The translations under genes were made by a program, and so were the position numbers. This document shows, piece by piece, positions 41,938 through 57,223 of a stretch of 64,000 nt of DNA (the stretch's first letter is position 1; each line of letters starts with the position of its first letter). This DNA is from Eledone cirrhosa (lineage: Eukaryota), in NCBI GenBank assembly GCA_964016885.1, contig OZ024745.1, positions 22,754,001 through 22,818,000 on the forward strand, written 5' to 3'. The notes under the pieces are model-generated. The model was not told the origin of the DNA. It did not search any database and was given only the letters and a program-made list of their open reading frames with translations.

Positions 41938-42494
41938 CTCTTTGAGTCTCAGTCATTGATGTTAGTTAACTGGAAAGTTTGTTGAGATGAATATCAAGCC
42001 ACTACCTGCAGCCTCAGATATTCAGGACGTATCGGAGGGTTCTTGCTGTTCCCAGCAAGCATGCCTTTTGAAGCGTTCCAAAAAGCGTGAAGGGGCCAAT
42101 TTTCTTTAACCATCCCTGGAAACTTTTTGAGATAGTCCCTAGTGCGCCTATGACAATCGGGATCACTTTGACTTCATGGCAGTTCCAAATCCTTTTTACC
42201 CCCAACTTTAGGTCCTGGTATCGGTTAATTTTCTCCCTCTCCTTCTCTTGCACTCTCGTGTCAAATGAGCAGGCCACATCCACAATCAGGCACGATCTTT
42301 TTTCTTTGTCCACAACCACCAGGTCAGGTCTATTGTGTTCCAGTTTCTTGTCCGTCTGTATCCTAAAATCCCACAGCACCTTCACCTGATCGTTTTCTAT
42401 CACCGCCTCTGGCTTATGCTCATACCACTTCTCAGAATGTGGTAAATTGTTTACTTTGCATAGGTGCCAGTGGATCACCCTGCCCATCACATCA

Positions 42495-42497
<3 letters not shown>
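41938..42497 (-). mobile_element. 5'-truncated copy of the R4/Dong element (RLE domain only)
   Basis: ORF 42014-42490 is the endonuclease C-terminus; (TTA)n on both sides. Confidence 0.92.
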
Positions 42498-42539
<42 letters not shown>

Positions 42540-42543
42540 CATT

Positions 42544-42584
<41 letters not shown>

Positions 42585-42616
42585 TATCATCATCATCATC
42601 ATTATATATATATATA

Positions 42617-42710
42617 TGGATTCTGAGGACTTTCATCCTCAGCCGACTGGACTATTACTCTCAGCTCTGGTCACCCAACAAGGGAAGGCTGGCTATAGAA
42701 AGTGTAGCAT
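42617..42710 (+). mobile_element. CR1/L2-type LINE RT C-terminal fragment
   Basis: Translates LRTFILSRLDYYSQLWSP..IESV, matching the LINE (S/P)RL(D/E)Y.S.(L/V)WSP..(L/I)E.V motif. Confidence 0.55.
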
Positions 42711-42800
42711 CAATGGCGGTGCCCCAGCATGGCTTCAGTCGGTCGGCTGGAACACGTAATAGAATAATAGAGTAATATATATATATATATAGATATAGAT

Positions 42801-43083
42801 ATAATTACGGTATGTGCGCATTTCTTCTAAGTTTAATTTTACTACTAATTGTGTGTGGTTGATGGTATATTTGGTCGGATTCTACATGCTGTCGAAATGT
42901 TGGATAAATAATGGAACGGGGCTGCCGCGAAGAGGCTACGATCGATTGTTTGTCGGAGATTTCCCCATAAGAAAATTTATTCTTATAGCTTGCTAGATTT
43001 GATTTTGTATATGGTTAATTATGCTAATTAGAAGAAGAAATAGTATATATTTTAATATCTGATGATTCTAAAGACATGATTTA

Positions 43084-43090
<7 letters not shown>
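42801..43090 (+). repeat. Dispersed copy of 2193-2482 (segment downstream of the 2119 hammerhead)
   Basis: Near-identical sequence; matching spurious ORFs 2208-2390 and 42814-42996. Confidence 0.85.
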
Positions 43091-43120
<30 letters not shown>

Positions 43121-43260
43121 TGGAAGGGATATTTCTTTGTTGGAAATTCAACAAATATAAATGTTTATAACTTATTCAGAGCACTCGACAGATTTCTGGA
43201 GTAAATATTCAATGATATTAAATAAATGGAAACTATATATAGTTTCCATTTATTTAATAT

Positions 43261-43384
<124 letters not shown>

Positions 43385-43515
43385 AAAAAGGAAAAAAGAT
43401 TAAATCGAAAATGCAACTGGAGTCTCCTTTACCGGTTTCACAGTTCATATGCTTCTCAAAAGTAGAATTGAGAAGGATGGTTTCTGGTTTTTATCGCATA
43501 TATATATATAAATGG

Positions 43516-43562
43516 TTTCTACAGGACAAGAACTGTTTCATTCGAAGGAAATCATCAGGAAA
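43516..43562 (-). ncRNA. Type I hammerhead ribozyme, same family as 3475-3527
   Basis: Reverse complement: tttc-CTGATGA-tttccttcgaat-GAAA-cag-ttcttgtc-ctg-TA-gaaa; compensatory stem I change (cttc/gaag to tttc/gaaa). Confidence 0.72.
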
Positions 43563-43643
43563 TTCCTTTCCTGATGTTTTCCTGATTTACTGTGGTTACC
43601 CCCGATCGAACCCGACACACACACACACACATGTATGTATGTA

Positions 43644-43681
<38 letters not shown>

Positions 43682-44190
43682 TGTGGTTAGTTTACAGTAC
43701 AGAAATAAATTCATTGTATAAATCGGCTGCTAAGTGCACAACTCTATCTATAACTTCTTCAGACAGTAAATAGGTTTAATTCCAGAAAGCTCAAGATTAC
43801 AACAAAACTGAGTCATATTAGCGTTGTTGGTATGCTTGAAAAATCTTATGCGTACTCGTTCAGATTATTTACATATCAGGTGAGTTTAGTAATTTGTGTT
43901 TGGAGAAAATTAAGCAAATACTGTAGAACATATAAATGAATGAATGAATTATATAAGTGTGTTTCTAGCTTTGATCTAAAACAATTTTGTGGATATAAAC
44001 CTTGAGAGAACATACGGGTCTAACAACCGAACAAAAATCACGATTTCCCACCAGTTAGGATTCAGAATTAATTACTTCAGATAAGAATTGTATATGTGTG
44101 TGTGTGTGTGCGCGCGCGCGCGAGGTGCGTGCATGCGTGTATGTGCATGTATGTACATATATACATATATCTATATCTATATATATACAA

Positions 44191-44244
<54 letters not shown>

Positions 44245-44252
44245 CAAGCACG

Positions 44253-44385
<133 letters not shown>

Positions 44386-45000
44386 GGAGAGAGAGGGGGG
44401 AGAGAAAGGGAGAGAGAGAGGGAGAGAGAGAGAGAAGCATTAAAGAGACTTAAAAAACAATACGATAAAGGCCAGTGAGTCTCACATAAAATGGCGGCTG
44501 GTGCGTGTGGAGATTTAGCGATCTTAGAAAACTCTTAAATCTCTCTAAGAAGATTATATCAACCATTAAGTAGAGGCATGACAAATCAAACAAACAAACT
44601 ACAGCCACACCAACTACCCTCACCAGTACAACGTCTACTACGACCACATCAACTACCACGACCACCACTACCACTACCAGTACAACATACTATCATAAAC
44701 AAATGCAATATAATCACCATCAATAAAAACAGCAAAACAACATCAATAGCAACAACTACATTATAATCCATTATTGCCGCTTGTATGGTCAATGACATAA
44801 CACAGGAAAATATTACCACTGTCAAAAATACAACCAGATCTTATGAATATCTGCAGTATCCACCGCAAACCTGAGCTAACCAGGGAGCCTCTATTACAGC
44901 GTTTCTCAACCGGCATTCACCGGAACTCTAGGGTTCTGCAAGAGGTCGCTAGGTATTCCGCGAGAAACAATGGTAAATAAGCTAAAATAGATCGATATTA

Positions 45001-45187
45001 ATAATTGTTTCTACTTTTGGCACAAGGCCAACAATTATCCCAGTGTATTACTGGTACTTTATTTTATCGACCCTGTAAGGATGAAAGGCCAAGTTAACCT
45101 CGGTGGAATTTGAATTCAGACCGTAAAGGGGCGTAACTCTATGCTACAAAGCATGGCGTCCGACCCTCTACCGATACTGCCAATCCA
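45001..45187 (-). mobile_element. tRNA-derived SINE (same family)
   Basis: Reverse complement of 45203-45391. Confidence 0.8.
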
Positions 45188-45202
45188 TTAATAATAGTAT
45201 AG

Positions 45203-45391
45203 AGGCGGTGGATTGGCAGTATCGGTAGAGGGTCAGACGCCATGCTTCCCAGCATAGTTACGTCCCTTTACGATCTGAGTTCAAATCCCGCCGAGGTTGA
45301 CTTTGCCTTTCATCCTTACGGGGTCGATAAAATAAAGTACCAGTAATGAACTGGTTAATTGCTGACCTTGTGCCTAAAGTAGAAACAATTA
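45203..45391 (+). mobile_element. tRNA-derived SINE with ~15-bp TSD
   Basis: A-box-like tggcagtatcggtaga and B-box gagttcaaatccc; attaataatagtata is repeated on both sides. Confidence 0.8.
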
Positions 45392-45993
45392 ATAATAGTA
45401 TATAATAATTTTTATTCTGAGGTTCCTGAGGCATGAAAACTACTTCAAGGGTTCTATAAGGGTAAAAAGGTTGAGAAACGCAGCACTGTCAGGTCACTTG
45501 AACTATATTGTTTCTTTCCAGGGACTATGTTTAAAAATATACCTCACTTGGTCATTTCATTAGAGTATCTTGATAGAGCTATTAACTTTTCAACCGACCC
45601 TCGTAGGTAAATCCTGCTCAACATTCTAACATAGATACAAGAATCTTTCATTGGCATTTAGACAACATGTACTAGGTAGATATGTCTGTATGTCTGCATG
45701 CGTGCGTGTGTGTGCAGGTATGGATGTTATTGTATGTGTGGATGTGGATGTTTTGCGTTATATGTATACACGTGCATATGTTTTGTATCTGTACATGTGT
45801 ACATACAGTTATTACATGCAGAGCATGTATATGTATGTATGGATGTACATGCATGATTGTATGTATGTATGTATGTATATCTATGTATGTAATGTGTACG
45901 TATGTATGTATGTATGTGTGTGTGTGTATGTGTATATGTATGTATCTATGTATCTATGTATCTATGTATGTATGTGTGTTTGTGTTTATGTGC

Positions 45994-46024
<31 letters not shown>

Positions 46025-46677
46025 TGTATGTATGTATGTACATACATATGTTTAGAAACTAAATTATTTTGTCTCTGCTATTCAATATATTTATATTTAC
46101 TTATTGATTGGGTTCACTCAGATACTTTGGAATGTTGGGAGGATGCTACAGTTCCGCTGGTGATGTTCAGTGAAATGAAAACCTGTCCTGCAGTTATCTC
46201 CCCTACTTTCCGGGAAAATGAAAGATGATACTATTTTGTTTTGTTTTTATGTTGTTTTGTCTATTTTCCAATACTTTGTTTTTGCCTTTTTTTTTTATTT
46301 TCGCTCATTAACGGACTATACCGACTCGCTAGTGTTTAGTAACAGAATTGGTTTAATAATGACAGCAGGGAAATACACGGCGTTGTATAGTTTTAGGAAT
46401 GGATTGGACATGGTTTACTGATTCTCAGAATGAGAGTCCCTCGTGTTTGTGGTAAAAGAGACTGAGAGAGGAAGGAGCAAAAATGGTGGGGAGAAAGGTG
46501 GAGAGGAGAAAGAGAGGGGAAGATGAATGAAAGGTTGAGGAGAGAATGAAAGGTGAGAGGGGTGAAGAGAGAGAGTGAAGTGTGGATGGACACAATGCAT
46601 CGCTGAGCTGAACTGGTGGTTTGATGTTTGTAGCATATTGATAAGCGAAGGCGTCTTATCAGATGAATGAACCGTTT

Positions 46678-46869
46678 ATAATTGTTTCTACTTTAGGCAC
46701 AAGGCCAGCAATTACCCAATGCATTACTGGTACTTTATTTTATCGACCCCGTAAGGATGAAAGGCAAAGTTACCCTCGGCGGGATTTGAACTCAGAATGG
46801 CCAGGGCCGTAACTCTGTACGTCAAAGAATGGCGTCCGACTCTCTACCGATACTGCCAATCCACCGCCA
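46678..46869 (-). mobile_element. tRNA-derived SINE (same family)
   Basis: Full-length homolog ending gccaatccaccgcc. Confidence 0.8.
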
Positions 46870-46999
46870 TGAACTGTTTATAATGAAGTCCAGAATAAGT
46901 AGGAATAAGATGGCTGTTCGAAGCTGAAGAACAGCAGGTTCTAAACCCACCATTTGAAATACAGTTTTAGTTGTGGTATAAACGTATTGATAGCTCAAG

Positions 47000-48140
47000 A
47001 GTCATAAGAGATTGTATGAGGCATAGAAGTTCATGGGGTTCAGGGTCATGAGATATTGTGTGAGACATAGAAGCTGTAGTAGGGTCATGAGATATTGTGT
47101 GAGACATAGAAGGTATTGTAGGGTCATGTGATATTGTGAGAGACATAGAAGGTATTGTAGGGTCATGAGATATTGTGTGAGACATAGAAGGTATTGTAGG
47201 GTCATGAGACATAGAAGGTGTAGTAGGGTCATGAGATATTGTGTGAGACATAGAAGGTATTGTAGGGTCATGAGATATTGTGTGAGACATAGAAGGTATT
47301 GTAGGGTCATGAGATATTGTGTGAGACATAGAAGCTATTGTAGGGTTATGAGACATAGGTGTAGTAGGGTCATGAGACATAGAAGGTGTAGTAGGGTCAT
47401 GATATATTGTGTGAGACAGAAATTGTTGTAGGGTCAGGAGATTTTGTGTCAGACATAAAAGGTAATGTAGGGTCATAAGATATTGTGTGAGACATAGAAG
47501 GTGTAGTAGGTTCATGAGATATTGTGTGAGACATAGAACTTGTAGGGTCATGAGATATTGTGTGAGACATAGAAAGTATTGTAGGGTCATGAGATATTGT
47601 GAGAGACATAGAAGGTATTGTAGGGTCATGAGATATTGTGTGAGACATAGAAGGTATTGTAGGGTCATGAGACATAGAAGGTGTAGTAGGGTCATGAGAT
47701 ATTGTGTGAGACATAGAAAGTGTAGTAGGGTCATGAGATATTGTGTGAGACATAGAAGGTATTGTAGGGTCACGAGATATTGTGTGAGACATAGAAGTTG
47801 TAGGGTCATGAGATATTGTGTGAGACATAAAAGGTATTGTATGGTCATGAGATATTGTGTGAGACATAGAAGGTATTGTAGGGTCATGAGATATTGTGTG
47901 AGACATAGAACTTGTAGGGTCATGAGATATTGTGTGAGACATAGAAGTTGTAGGGTCATGAGATATTGTGTGAGACATAGAAGGTATTTTAAGGTCATGA
48001 GACATAGAAAGTGTAGTAGGGTCATGAGATATTGTGAGACATAGAAGGTATTGTAGGGTCAAGAGATATTATGTGAGACATAGAAGTTGTAGGGTCATGA
48101 GGAATTGTGTGAGACATAGAAGCTGCTGTGGGGCCATGAA
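47000..48140. repeat. 39-bp minisatellite (gtagggtcatgagatattgtgtgagacatagaaggtatt) with 36/27/24-bp variants
   Basis: Direct inspection, ~30 units. Confidence 0.92.
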
Positions 48141-49150
48141 AGATCGTGTGGGGAAGGTTTTAACAGTATGCTGTTTATAGTCAGGGAAGATATGATATGG
48201 TAGAGGTATTCTTTTTGTTTGATATGTGTAGATACTATGTTTTGCTTATGTAGAGCGAGGATAGATTTGTTGAAATGACTTCTATGTCTTTTGACACGAA
48301 CCAAGGATTAAGCCCTAAACCGAAATCAGAAATCATAACTACTCCAGAATATATCGACGTAACCAAACAAAAATTAAAACTAAAAACAAGGTCATAGAAA
48401 TGTAAATAACCGAGTATTCTATAGACCTGTGTATACTTAACATAATTCTCAGGTTGAATCAGCGTAATACAATATAATACAAAGATTTGACCTTTGTAAT
48501 ATGGGTACAGTCTACCCGATGGTCTTCTATACAGTTTCCATTTATCAAATTTCACTCACAATCCTAGTATCGACCCAAGGCTAAAGTAGAAAAACAAAAA
48601 TTAAAAAAAGGAACACACTAAATGCTACGTAATAGGATAAAAACCATGACGTAATGGTTGTGAACCCAGCATATTAACTACTTGGTCATGCTTGTATCAA
48701 GTTTCGTTACTATTAATACCACCACCTCAATCAACAAATTTCTATACAACCAGCAGTTACTCAACTTACTAAAAATAGCACCCAAGTCTCTCTCAAATGA
48801 CACTCAACTGAATTTAGAAATGATTCATTCAATGACATGATCCCGAATTTGTTGGTGGAGAGGTATTGATCTTAGAACTGCTCGAGTAAGGGTGACTTAC
48901 ACATGTGTTGATTGATTTTTTTGTACTCATATGTATATGTGTATGTGTGTGTGTGTGTATAAGAGTCGACTGAACAGTTATATAGGCTGACTTTAAAGGA
49001 GTGATTCTAGAGCTGTGAAATCTTACATGCATTAATTTCAATTCTTTTTCATAACAACTGCAATGCTTTTTGTTTTTTTTCCCCAAGGACTATGTTGAAA
49101 AATAAACTTCATTTTGGTCATTTCATGACATTGAACATTTCGCTCAAACC

Positions 49151-49263
<113 letters not shown>

Positions 49264-49619
49264 CCACGACAACAATTAGCAATACAAACATTACAAGGAA
49301 CTAGTCTAACATGGCACTTCTAAAACGTGGACATTGGAACTGCTAGAAACACCAGTGAAATTAGGCTTCGATCATAGATATGTTTAACAACAATAACAAA
49401 ACAGGTATTGAGAGTAAATAAGACGAGATGGTCATGGCTGAAATGACTTGCATCTAAACAACACCGACAACATAATCAGTCTAAGACAAGCAAAAACGTT
49501 ATTAACGCGAAAGTTGGTCACCATTATTACGTGGTAGCTTCACCTACAAGAAATATCAGCTAAATTCCCCCTTATATCCCACACTACTAATATCTCTGTT
49601 TCCACAGGACAATATAGCT

Positions 49620-50529
49620 TTAAATACATTATACCTAAATATATACATTATACCTAAATATATACATTATACCTAAATATATACATTATACCTAAATATA
49701 TACATTATACCTAAATATATACATTATACCTAAATATATACATTATACCTAAATATATACATTATACCTAAATATATACATTATACCTAAATATATACAT
49801 TATACCTAAATAAATACATTATACCTAAATATATACATTATACCTAAATATATACATTATACCTAAATATATACATTATACCTAAATATATACATTATAC
49901 CTAAATAAATACATTATACCTAAATATATACATTATACCTAAATATATACATTATAACTAAATATATACATTATAACTAAATATATACATTATACCTAAA
50001 TATATACATTATACCTAAATATATACATTATACCTAAATATATACATTATACCTAAATATATACATTATACCTAAATATATACATTATACCTAAATATAT
50101 ACATTATACCTAAATATATACATTATACCTAAATATATTCATTATACCTAAATATATACATTATACCTAAATATATACATTATACCTAAATAAATACATT
50201 ATACCTAAATATATACATTATACCTAAATATATACATTATACCTAAATATATACATTATACCTAAATATATACATTATACCTAAATATATACATTATACC
50301 TAAATATATACATTATACCTAAATAAATACATTATACCTAAATATATACATTATACCTAAATATATACATTATACCTAAATATATACATTATACCTAAAT
50401 ATATACATTATACCTAAATATATACATTATACCTAAATATATACATTATACCTAAATATATACATTATACCTAAATATATACATTATACCTAAATATATA
50501 CATTATACCTAAATATATACATTATACCT
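49620..50529. repeat. 19-bp satellite (taaatatatacattatacc), ~48 highly homogeneous copies
   Basis: Direct inspection. Confidence 0.95.
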
Positions 50530-50659
50530 GAACATATTAAAAAAGAAGGTCTTGACTGGAATTCTTTTGATCATAGACCAGCTCAATCAAGATCGACCAA
50601 CAAGGTCCCTTCGCTTATCAAATGGGATGGAACTCGTCAAATCGGACCAAGGAAACAAT

Positions 50660-50838
50660 GTTTCCATTGATCTTTCCAATTGCTAGTGTTATCTTCCAGT
50701 CGCAAATCGTGGCAAAAAGAATAACATGAAAAAATAGTGTCTTGCTCAAGGACATATCGCATCACCTGACCTGATAGTCGAATTCACAATCTGATGATTG
50801 TGAATCCAAGTCTCTAACCACTAAGCCACGTGCCTTCT
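50660..50838 (-). mobile_element. Diverged SINE of the 15252 family
   Basis: gtgtcttgctcaagga...ctaaccactaagccacgtgcct. Confidence 0.6.
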
Positions 50839-51000
50839 CAAGATCGACCTCGGGTTAGACAACAACAACAACAACAACAACAATATCATAGACACAAACA
50901 TAAGCAATAGCAGTAGTACAAAATACAACCATGGCTATCCCCATTTAAACACCACCGCTAACAACGACAACAAAGTATGAAACTAACTCGGAAACTATAG

Positions 51001-51050
<50 letters not shown>

Positions 51051-51163
51051 GAGATAAAAGAGAGAGAGAAAGGGAGAGAATGAGAAAGAATGTGTAAGAG
51101 AGGGAGGGGGGGAGGGGGGGAAAGATAAAAGAGAGAGAGAAAGGGGGAGAATGAGAAAGAATG

Positions 51164-51204
<41 letters not shown>

Positions 51205-51449
51205 TGGAGATTGAGAAAGAATGTAGAAAAGAGAGGAGAGTAGAGAAAGTTAAAGAGGGGAAGGGAGAAATGGTAGAAGAAGTAAAGGAGAAGTTGAGTT
51301 CAGAAGGAACATAAGTCAACCAGTGCAGATATGTGACGTCATAGAAAGCAAGGTGACTCTCGAAATAGTTGTCTGAGGAACACACGTGACTCTTCACCAG
51401 TGTTGACTTCATATACTGACTGCATGGAAGGAGTTGTCATATAGACATG

Positions 51450-52400
<951 letters not shown>

Positions 52401-52464
52401 CAAGTGTACTTATTTCTGTAAGGTCGTATACAGTTTCTCATGCTTTCAGTGTATCGATATTTGA

Positions 52465-52511
<47 letters not shown>

Positions 52512-52738
52512 AATGTATACATATACATGCATACATACATACATACATATATACATACATACATATATACATACATATATACTGACATACATACACACAA
52601 ACAGGCTTATATATATACATGCATACATACATACATATATACATATATACATGCATATATGATGGCTGCCCCCTCGTTATCGAGTATGGCCATTGCACAA
52701 GAAAAAAAAAAAAAAAAAAAGAAAATAAAAAAAAAAAA

Positions 52739-52786
<48 letters not shown>

Positions 52787-53161
52787 TACTGACATACATA
52801 CACACAAATATACGAACATACGCACATATATATATGCATACATATATACATACATATATACATGTATGCATACATATATACTCACCTACATACATACATA
52901 CATACATACATACATACATACATACATACATACATACATACATACATACATACATACACACATACATATATACATACATAAACACATACATACATACATA
53001 CGTACATACATACATACATACATACGTACATACATACATACATATAAAACCAGAAGAATATATATACATACATACCATACATACATACCATACATACATA
53101 CATACATACATACATACATACATACATACATACATACATACATACATACATACATACATAC

Positions 53162-53767
53162 ATTGTGGCTGCCAACTCGTTTTCGAGTACGGCCAATACT
53201 TTTTATCCATCTAGGAGAACCCCTACCGATGCGCTGAACGAATATGACTTTTTAGTCAGCGACTTGAAAACTCTGGTACAAACACTACACTTGTGACAAT
53301 TATTGACACATAGTGCTAGGCCCATGGTACCATGTGACGACAAGTGCAGAGAGATCTCCAGATATAAAGCAATGCCTGTGCCGTGAAGCTTTTATAGTGA
53401 GCAAAGGCACTGCACAAAGCCAGTCCCACTCCCTTAACCAAGATGATATTTACCAAAAAGAAGAACAAGTCAACATCATTGGATACCATCAGGGTTGCAG
53501 GTGTTATATCAGAGTTTTCCTTCTCCTAGAATTCTGCCTTGACAAAGGCTAAGGGGTCATCTCTCCCGATGATTTTGGATGGCCATTGACTCTTAAGAGC
53601 TCCTTTGCCTTTTGACAGGTTTTGTTTTTAGTCCTGCAGGATGTCCAAAGTCACCCTCCTCACCAAGAAACCTTGGTGGGGTTGCCAGTTTAGTCGCCAA
53701 CGACCCGACCATGAGACAGGTTGTATTGGGAGACATGTTACCAGTAGCACCAACTGGTGACCTGACA
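53162..53767 (-). mobile_element. RTE-derived SINE-like repeat, family A (full length)
   Basis: Reverse complement of family A; (CATA)n on both sides. Confidence 0.72.
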
Positions 53768-54456
53768 TACATACATACATACATACATACATACATACAT
53801 ACATACATACATACATACATACATACATACATACTCACATACATACACACACATATATACATACATAAACACATACATACATATATACTTACATACATAC
53901 ATATAAAACCAGAAGAATATACATACATACATACCATACATACATACATACATCGATAGAGATATACATATCCACACACGACAACATAAACACAACTATG
54001 TACATATTTACATATACATGAATAAACATACAAACACATATATATTTGTATGCATGTATGTTTGAATGTATGTGTGTGTCTGTGTGCGTGTATCTATTTA
54101 TATATGTATCTATGTATGTGTGCATGTATGTTTGTATGTATGTATCCGTGTGTATGTATCTATGTATATATGTATCTATGTATGTGTGCATGTATCTATG
54201 TGTATTCATTAGTCTTTTTGGTTTGTTTTACCTATAACGGAAAATACCATGCTGGAGCAACATTTGTGTGTCTATGTGTATGTGCAAGTGTACACAGATA
54301 TATATTTATTTGTCAGCGTAAATTTAATATGTGCGAATATCTATGTGTATATATTTACGTGTATATATATATGTGTATATATTTATGTATGGATGTGTGT
54401 GAGTATATAGAAACATTTATTTACCAATGTTTATATGGATAAGTGCAAATATATTC

Positions 54457-54505
<49 letters not shown>

Positions 54506-54557
54506 CACTACTAAATATATGAGTGTAAATATATATATATATATATATGTGTGTAAA

Positions 54558-54638
<81 letters not shown>

Positions 54639-54912
54639 GGAATAGAATGAAACGAAATTTCATTTCTCACTCTTAGTACGGCACTTACTTAAATGTAAGT
54701 ATGTGTACGTACATACATATATATATACAGACGTACACTAGTATGTATATATATACATACATGCACACACATATATATATATGCACGTATCGGTTTACCG
54801 AACATTTATTATAATGCTCGGTTTGTTTGTTTGTAAACAAACAAACAGCCCGAATTACGCCGTACAGTGTTTAGGCAACCACGTCACCTTTTTGTTCAAC
54901 ACTGACACAGGA

Positions 54913-54955
54913 ACGATGTACTAGTTTCAAGCTTATTAGCTACCGTCAGCATCGT
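54913..54955 (-). ncRNA. Hammerhead ribozyme copy with core mutation (CUGACGG)
   Basis: Reverse complement reads acgatg-CTGACGG-tagctaataagctt-GAAA-ctag-TA-catcgt. Confidence 0.6.
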
Positions 54956-55582
54956 ATACCTTCCTGCCAGATGGTTGAACGTCTGAAAGTATATACTTTC
55001 CTTGTGCATATTAACGGCTGAACAGCCTAATTTGCATATCAAGTGAGTTCAGTCGGTCGGGCACACTGAAAACGATAAGTGGAATAGAATGAAACGAAAT
55101 TTCATTTCTCACTCTTAGTACGGCACTTACTTAAATGTAAGTATGTATGTATGTATGTACTAGCTTGAAACTAGTACATCGTTCCTGTGTCAGTGTTGAA
55201 CAAAAAGGTGACGTGGTTGCCTAAACACTGTACGGCGTAATTCGGGCTGTTTGTTTGTTTACAAACAAACAAACCGAGCATTATAATAAATGTTCGGTAA
55301 ACCGATACGTGCATATATATATATGTGTGCATATATGTATATATATACATACTACTGTGCATCTGTATACATATATGTATGTATGTATACATACATACTT
55401 ACATTTAAGTAAGTGCCGTATAAGAGAGAGAAATGAAATTTCGTTTCATTCTATTCCATTTATCGTTTTCGGTGTGCCCAGCCGACTGAACTCACTCGAT
55501 ATGCAAATTAGGCTGCTCAGCCGTTAATATGCATAAGGAAAGTATAGACTTTCAGACGTTCAACCATCTGGCAGGAAGGTAT

Positions 55583-55625
55583 ACGATGCTGACGATAGCT
55601 AATAAGCTTGAAACTAGTACATCGT
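55583..55625 (+). ncRNA. Type I hammerhead ribozyme
   Basis: acgatg-CTGACGA-t-agct-aata-agct-t-GAAA-ctag-TA-catcgt with a perfect 6-bp stem I. Confidence 0.83.
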
Positions 55626-55907
55626 TCATGTGTCAGTGTTGAACAAAAAGGTGACGTGGTTGCCTAAACACTGTACGGCGTAATTCGGGCTGTTTGTTTG
55701 TTTACAAACAAACTGAGCATTATAATAAATGTTCGGTAAACCGATACGTGCATATATATATGTGTGCATGTATGTATATATATACATACTAATGTACGTC
55801 TATATACATATATCTATGTACGTATACATACATACATACTTACATTTATGTATATATATATATTTATTAAAATAACAGATTTTAGTCTTCAAATTTATTA
55901 TTATTAC

Positions 55908-56145
<238 letters not shown>

Positions 56146-56334
56146 GGAACAAGTAAGACCCCGACGGCTGAGCTCAAGCCGTTTCGACGGCTAATTCCGA
56201 CCAGAATTAGCCGTCGAAACGGCTTGAGCTCAGCCATCGGGGTCTTACTTGTTCCTATTACCCACTCTACTACCCTAAGTATTGAGTACTTTGGTGCGTT
56301 ATGGTCCACCTGGTTCCTTACCACATTTCCTTCG

Positions 56335-56336
<2 letters not shown>
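56146..56336. repeat. Same palindromic family
   Basis: Near-perfect ~110-bp hairpin at 56143-56257, centred near 56200. Confidence 0.78.
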
Positions 56337-56394
<58 letters not shown>

Positions 56395-56398
<4 letters not shown>

Positions 56399-57160
56399 TA
56401 ACAGAACAACTATGAAGCTTGTTTCCTTCCTCTACGGTTAGCTCTACTCTTTGTTGTTTTCCTGTCTCACTCGCTTTACGCGTTTTAATTGTCCTAATAA
56501 CTTAATTTAGTTATTATTGCACCGACGTGAGGTATATGATTTTTAATGCAATGAAATATCTATGATCGTCGGCAAATCACTGATGAGGGACTTATTTTAT
56601 TACATGTTATCTATGTGCTACCAGCAGTATTTTTCTCCCCATTTTATCACATATATTTACCTAAACTGCGATTCTGTTTTTTTCTCTCTCACTCTCTCTT
56701 ACTGCTCCCACATTCTCTCTGTTTCTCCTACTTTCTTTCGCCCCTCTGTCATGTCAGTTAACTCTTCCTCACACTTCCACTCACTCACTCACTGTTTCTC
56801 CTCTCCTCACTTCACCCCGTTCGCAGCGAAAGCAATTTCTCTCTTTCTTACATTGCATTCGTTCGCGAAAGGTCTTTTTTCTAAGTGCTCATATATTCAC
56901 CTAGCTTATGCTAACAGAACAACTATGAAGCTTGTTTCCTTCCTCTACGGTTAGCTCTACTCTTTGTTGTTTTCCTGTCTCACTCGCTTTACGCGTTTTA
57001 ATTGTCCTAATAACTTAATTTAGTTATTATTGCACCGACGTGAGGTATATGATTTTTAATGCAATGAAATATCTATGATCGTCGGCAAATCACTGATGAG
57101 GGACTTATTTTATTACATGTTATCCATGTGCTACCAGAAGTATTTTTCTCACCATTTTAT

Positions 57161-57165
<5 letters not shown>
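56395..57165. repeat. 1.5-unit tandem duplication, 513-bp period, in (TA)n
   Basis: atgctaacagaacaactatgaagc at 56395 and 56908. Confidence 0.85.

Positions 57166-57223
<58 letters not shown>

Larger units (their letters stand above)
44897..45483. mobile_element. hAT-like MITE containing two nested SINEs
   Basis: TIRs cagcgtttctcaacc / ggttgagaaacgcag; no clear 8-bp TSD. Confidence 0.6.
54639..55846. mobile_element. Third locus of the hammerhead element family: minus-strand tandem (54639-55145) then plus-strand tandem (55162-55846, period ~443 bp)
   Basis: Homology to the 474-bp unit on both strands; gaaactagtacatcg recurs at 55167 and 55610. Confidence 0.82.

Noticed and set aside
45203-45290. 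tRNA gene
   Set aside because: A and B boxes are present but there is no cloverleaf, and the sequence is followed by a repeated SINE body; seven copies in the window.
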